Part shown: positions 60,101 through 62,954 of the stretch, piece after piece
Layout of the letters: every line of letters begins with the position of its first letter
Numbering within the stretch: the first letter of the stretch is position 1
Source of the DNA: Asterionella formosa
Lineage: Eukaryota
Assembly (NCBI GenBank): GCA_002256025.1
Contig: NKIB01013182.1
Location: forward strand, 1-62,954
Reading direction: 5' to 3'
Length of the DNA stretch: 62,954 nucleotides
Program-made: the position numbers and the translations under genes
The notes under the pieces: generated by a model
The model's input: the letters and a program-made list of their open reading frames with translations, nothing else
The model's database searches: none
What the model was told of the DNA's origin: nothing

Positions 60101-61251
60101 AAACGCTCCTTGAATTTTATCAGTCCGAGCAAATGGAATTTCTTCGATCAAGTTCACGGACGATAACAGAGAGCATTCTTCCAACCGACAAAGAGGGTGC
60201 ATTCCTTCAAGCAACGTCCGCTGGGGCCATTACACTAATGATTCGAGAATATGGACGAGGAACCGATTTCAAATGCTTTGACAGCACAGTTCTGGATGCT
60301 GGTGGGGTACATGTTATTCAGGCATTCTTTTCGAAGGAAATTTCCGAAGAGATCCAGCTTAAAGGGCGAGCAGCAAGACAAGGAACCAGTGGATCGTTCA
60401 GGTAAGCACGATACTATGGAGACAGTGATCACAAACCTCTGATCGCATATTTTTCTCATCATTTTTTTTTCTTTGTCACGAAACCTTGTTGCAGCATGGT
60501 TTTGCTTGAAAAACAGCTTGTGAGGGATCTGTGTGTCAGTGCCCCAGAGTTGCAGACTATGCGTCTCAAGTCAGAATATTGCACTTTCTTGGATCGCAAA
60601 CGATCAGAACTAGCCAGCGTGAAGTGTTTGGAAATGGAAAACAAAGTCAAGAATGCTGAGACGAAACATTATAAAACATTGAGATACAAGCAAGCCTTGA
60701 TGAACAATGAAGATGATGTTGCAATTGCTTATCTTTACGAAGCCAACAATTGTCATAACGGTTCTCGTCTACGTGTTCAAGGGCTTTCTAAGCAAGAGTT
60801 CATCGCCAAGAAACGCGAACGTTACTTTAACTTTCTTATCGATGAAAAGGTTAAGAGGCAAATAGCTGCTCAACATAATAAGCCTTTCGTGTCACCAAAG
60901 GTGGCTATTCTGCAGCTGAAGAATGAAAAGGAGGAAGATTTTTATGAGCTCCTTGGTGTGAAACGCGATGCCACTTCTAAGGAGATTTCCATCGCCTACA
61001 GAAAACAAGCAAAGCGCCATCACCCAGACAAGGTTGTCAATCGCAAGGTATGTCCTTGATACAAGTTACTCGCTGTATAGAAAATGTGCTGATATGTCAT
61101 CCCAGCTAACTGTATATTTACCAAGAAGAAAACCCTTTCCACTAAACGATTGCAGCTGTTGAACGAAGCCAAGGAAACACTGTCGTGTCCAGACAAACGA
61201 GCCGAGTACAATGTGACACTGTTAAATAAGGCCACGGCGAAGAAGGGTTAG
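54188..61251 (+). pseudogene. Giant multidomain gene: acidic N-terminus, P-loop GTPase, helical region, SecA-like SF2 ATPase, C-terminal J-domain; one frameshift and one in-frame stop in this assembly
   Basis: Introns 54623-54693, 59905-59971, 60402-60494 and 61048-61125 join the ORFs in frame. GTPase: LLLGGTGSGKTT, VCDTPGFGDTGG, FTKYE. SecA-like: MRPHAAQ, EVLTGEGKS, STYLSDRD, INYGT, LVDEVD, GVTGTL, YGRGTDF, GGVHVI, QLKGRAARQGTSGS. J-domain: DFYELLGVKRDATSKEISIAYRKQAKRHHPDK...LNEAKETLSCPDKRAEYN. Lesions at ~56735 (frameshift) and 57717-57719 (TAA). The true start may lie upstream (AACAG acceptor just before 54188). Confidence 0.8.
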
Positions 61252-61423
61252 GAAGTCATGATGTCTCTCGTGGGATTCCATCAACTTCAGACCTATGATG
61301 ATTGAATTGTTTGTGAATGCCTTCCAATATATAGTTATATTCATTGCACATTAGTGTTTATGTGGCCTACTATTTGGAACAAAAAAAATCATTGATAGGT
61401 AATTTTATTGCAGCAAGCTATCT

Positions 61424-62062
61424 TTAGCTACCATATCCATCATTCTCTCCACCACTTCCAAGTTTCTTTCCAAGACGAATAAGGTTTGGCAAAAAGAATG
61501 GCAAGGAAAGCGCTACACTCCCCACCAAACCAGCAGCTACAAGGTTCTTTCCACTGTCTGCATTGTTCTTTGCATCTTGTTCTTCCTTGAGTTTCTTGGC
61601 TTTGGCAGCAACATTGGCAGCTTCACTATTGGCAGCAATACGTCGGACCATGGCAGCAGAATCTTCATTGGCGTCCACAAGTGCCAATGCAGTCGTTGGT
61701 GTTACTGTTGCCATGACTGACATTGTTGTAAATCCAACAAGAATGGCAGAGCGCCGAGATGACAAATTGTCTGACGTTGTAGGGGGCGGTGTTACGGACA
61801 ACAATAGTGCTACCAGTATGTGTGTGTTTGTGTGTATATATATAATACATAATATATATTTGTGTTAGAAGAGGGAATACAAAATGCGCAGTACTACCTA
61901 GTATGGTGGACGACATTACAAACCAATATGAGACAAGAATGTAATTCACAAAATCAACTCACCACTTTTGGAGGATCGAATTGTAACGACAGGAATGGTA
62001 AAGGCATTAGAAGATGTTGAAACTAGAGCCACAGCGGCAACGATGGTGGCAAGGACTTTCAT
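61424..62062 (-). CDS. Small nuclear-encoded thylakoid protein with tripartite (signal + transit + twin-arginine) presequence and C-terminal TM anchor, 2 exons
   Basis: Exon 1 (62062-61963) MKVLATIVAAVALVSTSSNA-FTIPVVTIRSSKS; intron 61962-61810 (GTGAGT..GGTAG); exon 2 ...SSRRSAILVGFTTMSVMATVTPTTALA-LVDANED...LVAAGLVGSVALSLPFFLPNLIRLGKK. Confidence 0.8.
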
Positions 62063-62954
62063 AATGATGTGGATAGATGCTGATCTGTTGATGAAAGCGA
62101 TTTATGTGATCCATATTACAATTCATCGTCACCACAGCATTGATTTATACTACACCGTAATCGATCATCATTATCATCATCATGTGAGCGAGCGAACAAT
62201 CAGCATGGATATATATGTATGTATATATATAGCTATTGCTTATTTGCTACCAGTGGCTGGCCATTTTCATCAGTGGGACCACGGTGAGATGCTTGCTGGC
62301 ATAGAAATCCTGCCTGTACTGGTAGTTTGGTGACTCCTTGAATTGACTCTATCTACCGGTATAAGATAGTACTACGGTAGCTACACTGTATCATGAATTG
62401 GTACAGTACATAGACTACACGAAGGAAAAATGAATTCACACCAGCAGCATCAGTCACCACAGAATTAATTGCTCGCCGGCCGTGTGATGCGTATGAAATA
62501 CCGGCAGCAACTCCAAATAAAAGAAAGCAAACGACACTGACGCATCAAAATCAAAACTTGATTCCAACAAAATATCCTTCGTCGTTCACTACATACATAC
62601 GTGATACTGTACCATGGTACTCCATGGTACTGTGCGTGCGTGGACGACACACAGAATCATAACTGCAACAATCACCAAAGGCCAGGTACCAGGTACCAGT
62701 ACATATACCTGGTACCACTTAAAAACTGTAAGCCACCGCTATTTTACTCTATCTTTCGACTAAAAATATTTATGTAATTCAACGATCAAAACTTGACGCA
62801 AGTACAAAGCTTATGTTAGACAATGCTCTCTGCTATACTATTAAGGAATCAGTTTTGATTCAGTGTATCTAGCCATGAAGAAATAATTTTTCCAAAGTCA
62901 CTAAGATTATTGCATAGCGGTGGCTTACAGTGCATATTTTTCTATCTGTACATG

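Overview
Eukaryotic nuclear DNA, most likely from a diatom or related photosynthetic stramenopile. The evidence is short GT-AG introns, compact gene spacing, several nuclear genes with bipartite signal+'xAF'-type plastid presequences, and stramenopile-type kinesin/PPR/RSH genes. About 18 protein-coding loci can be supported. In order: a secreted SdrD-B/CnaB-domain Pro/Thr-rich protein (runs off the left edge), two YkgJ/CxxCxxCC paralogs, a GT15-like mannosyltransferase, an atypical Rab, a PLAC8-PrsW fusion, a plastid RelA/SpoT homolog, PP1, IspE, a frameshifted tandem sulfotransferase, MenA, a PPR protein, a kinesin-14 with a NudE-like N-terminus, RPT6, a P1B Cu-ATPase, a large unknown protein, a GT90 protein, a ~2,250-codon disrupted GTPase + SecA-like ATPase + J-domain gene, and a small Tat-targeted thylakoid protein. 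No rRNA, tRNA, CRISPR or intact transposon was recognised. A poly-G/N/poly-C assembly gap lies at ~50.7 kb. The best candidates for new biology are the GTPase-SecA-like-DnaJ giant gene, the NudE-kinesin-14 fusion and the PLAC8-PrsW fusion. All family calls were made by eye from motifs; no database searches were run.
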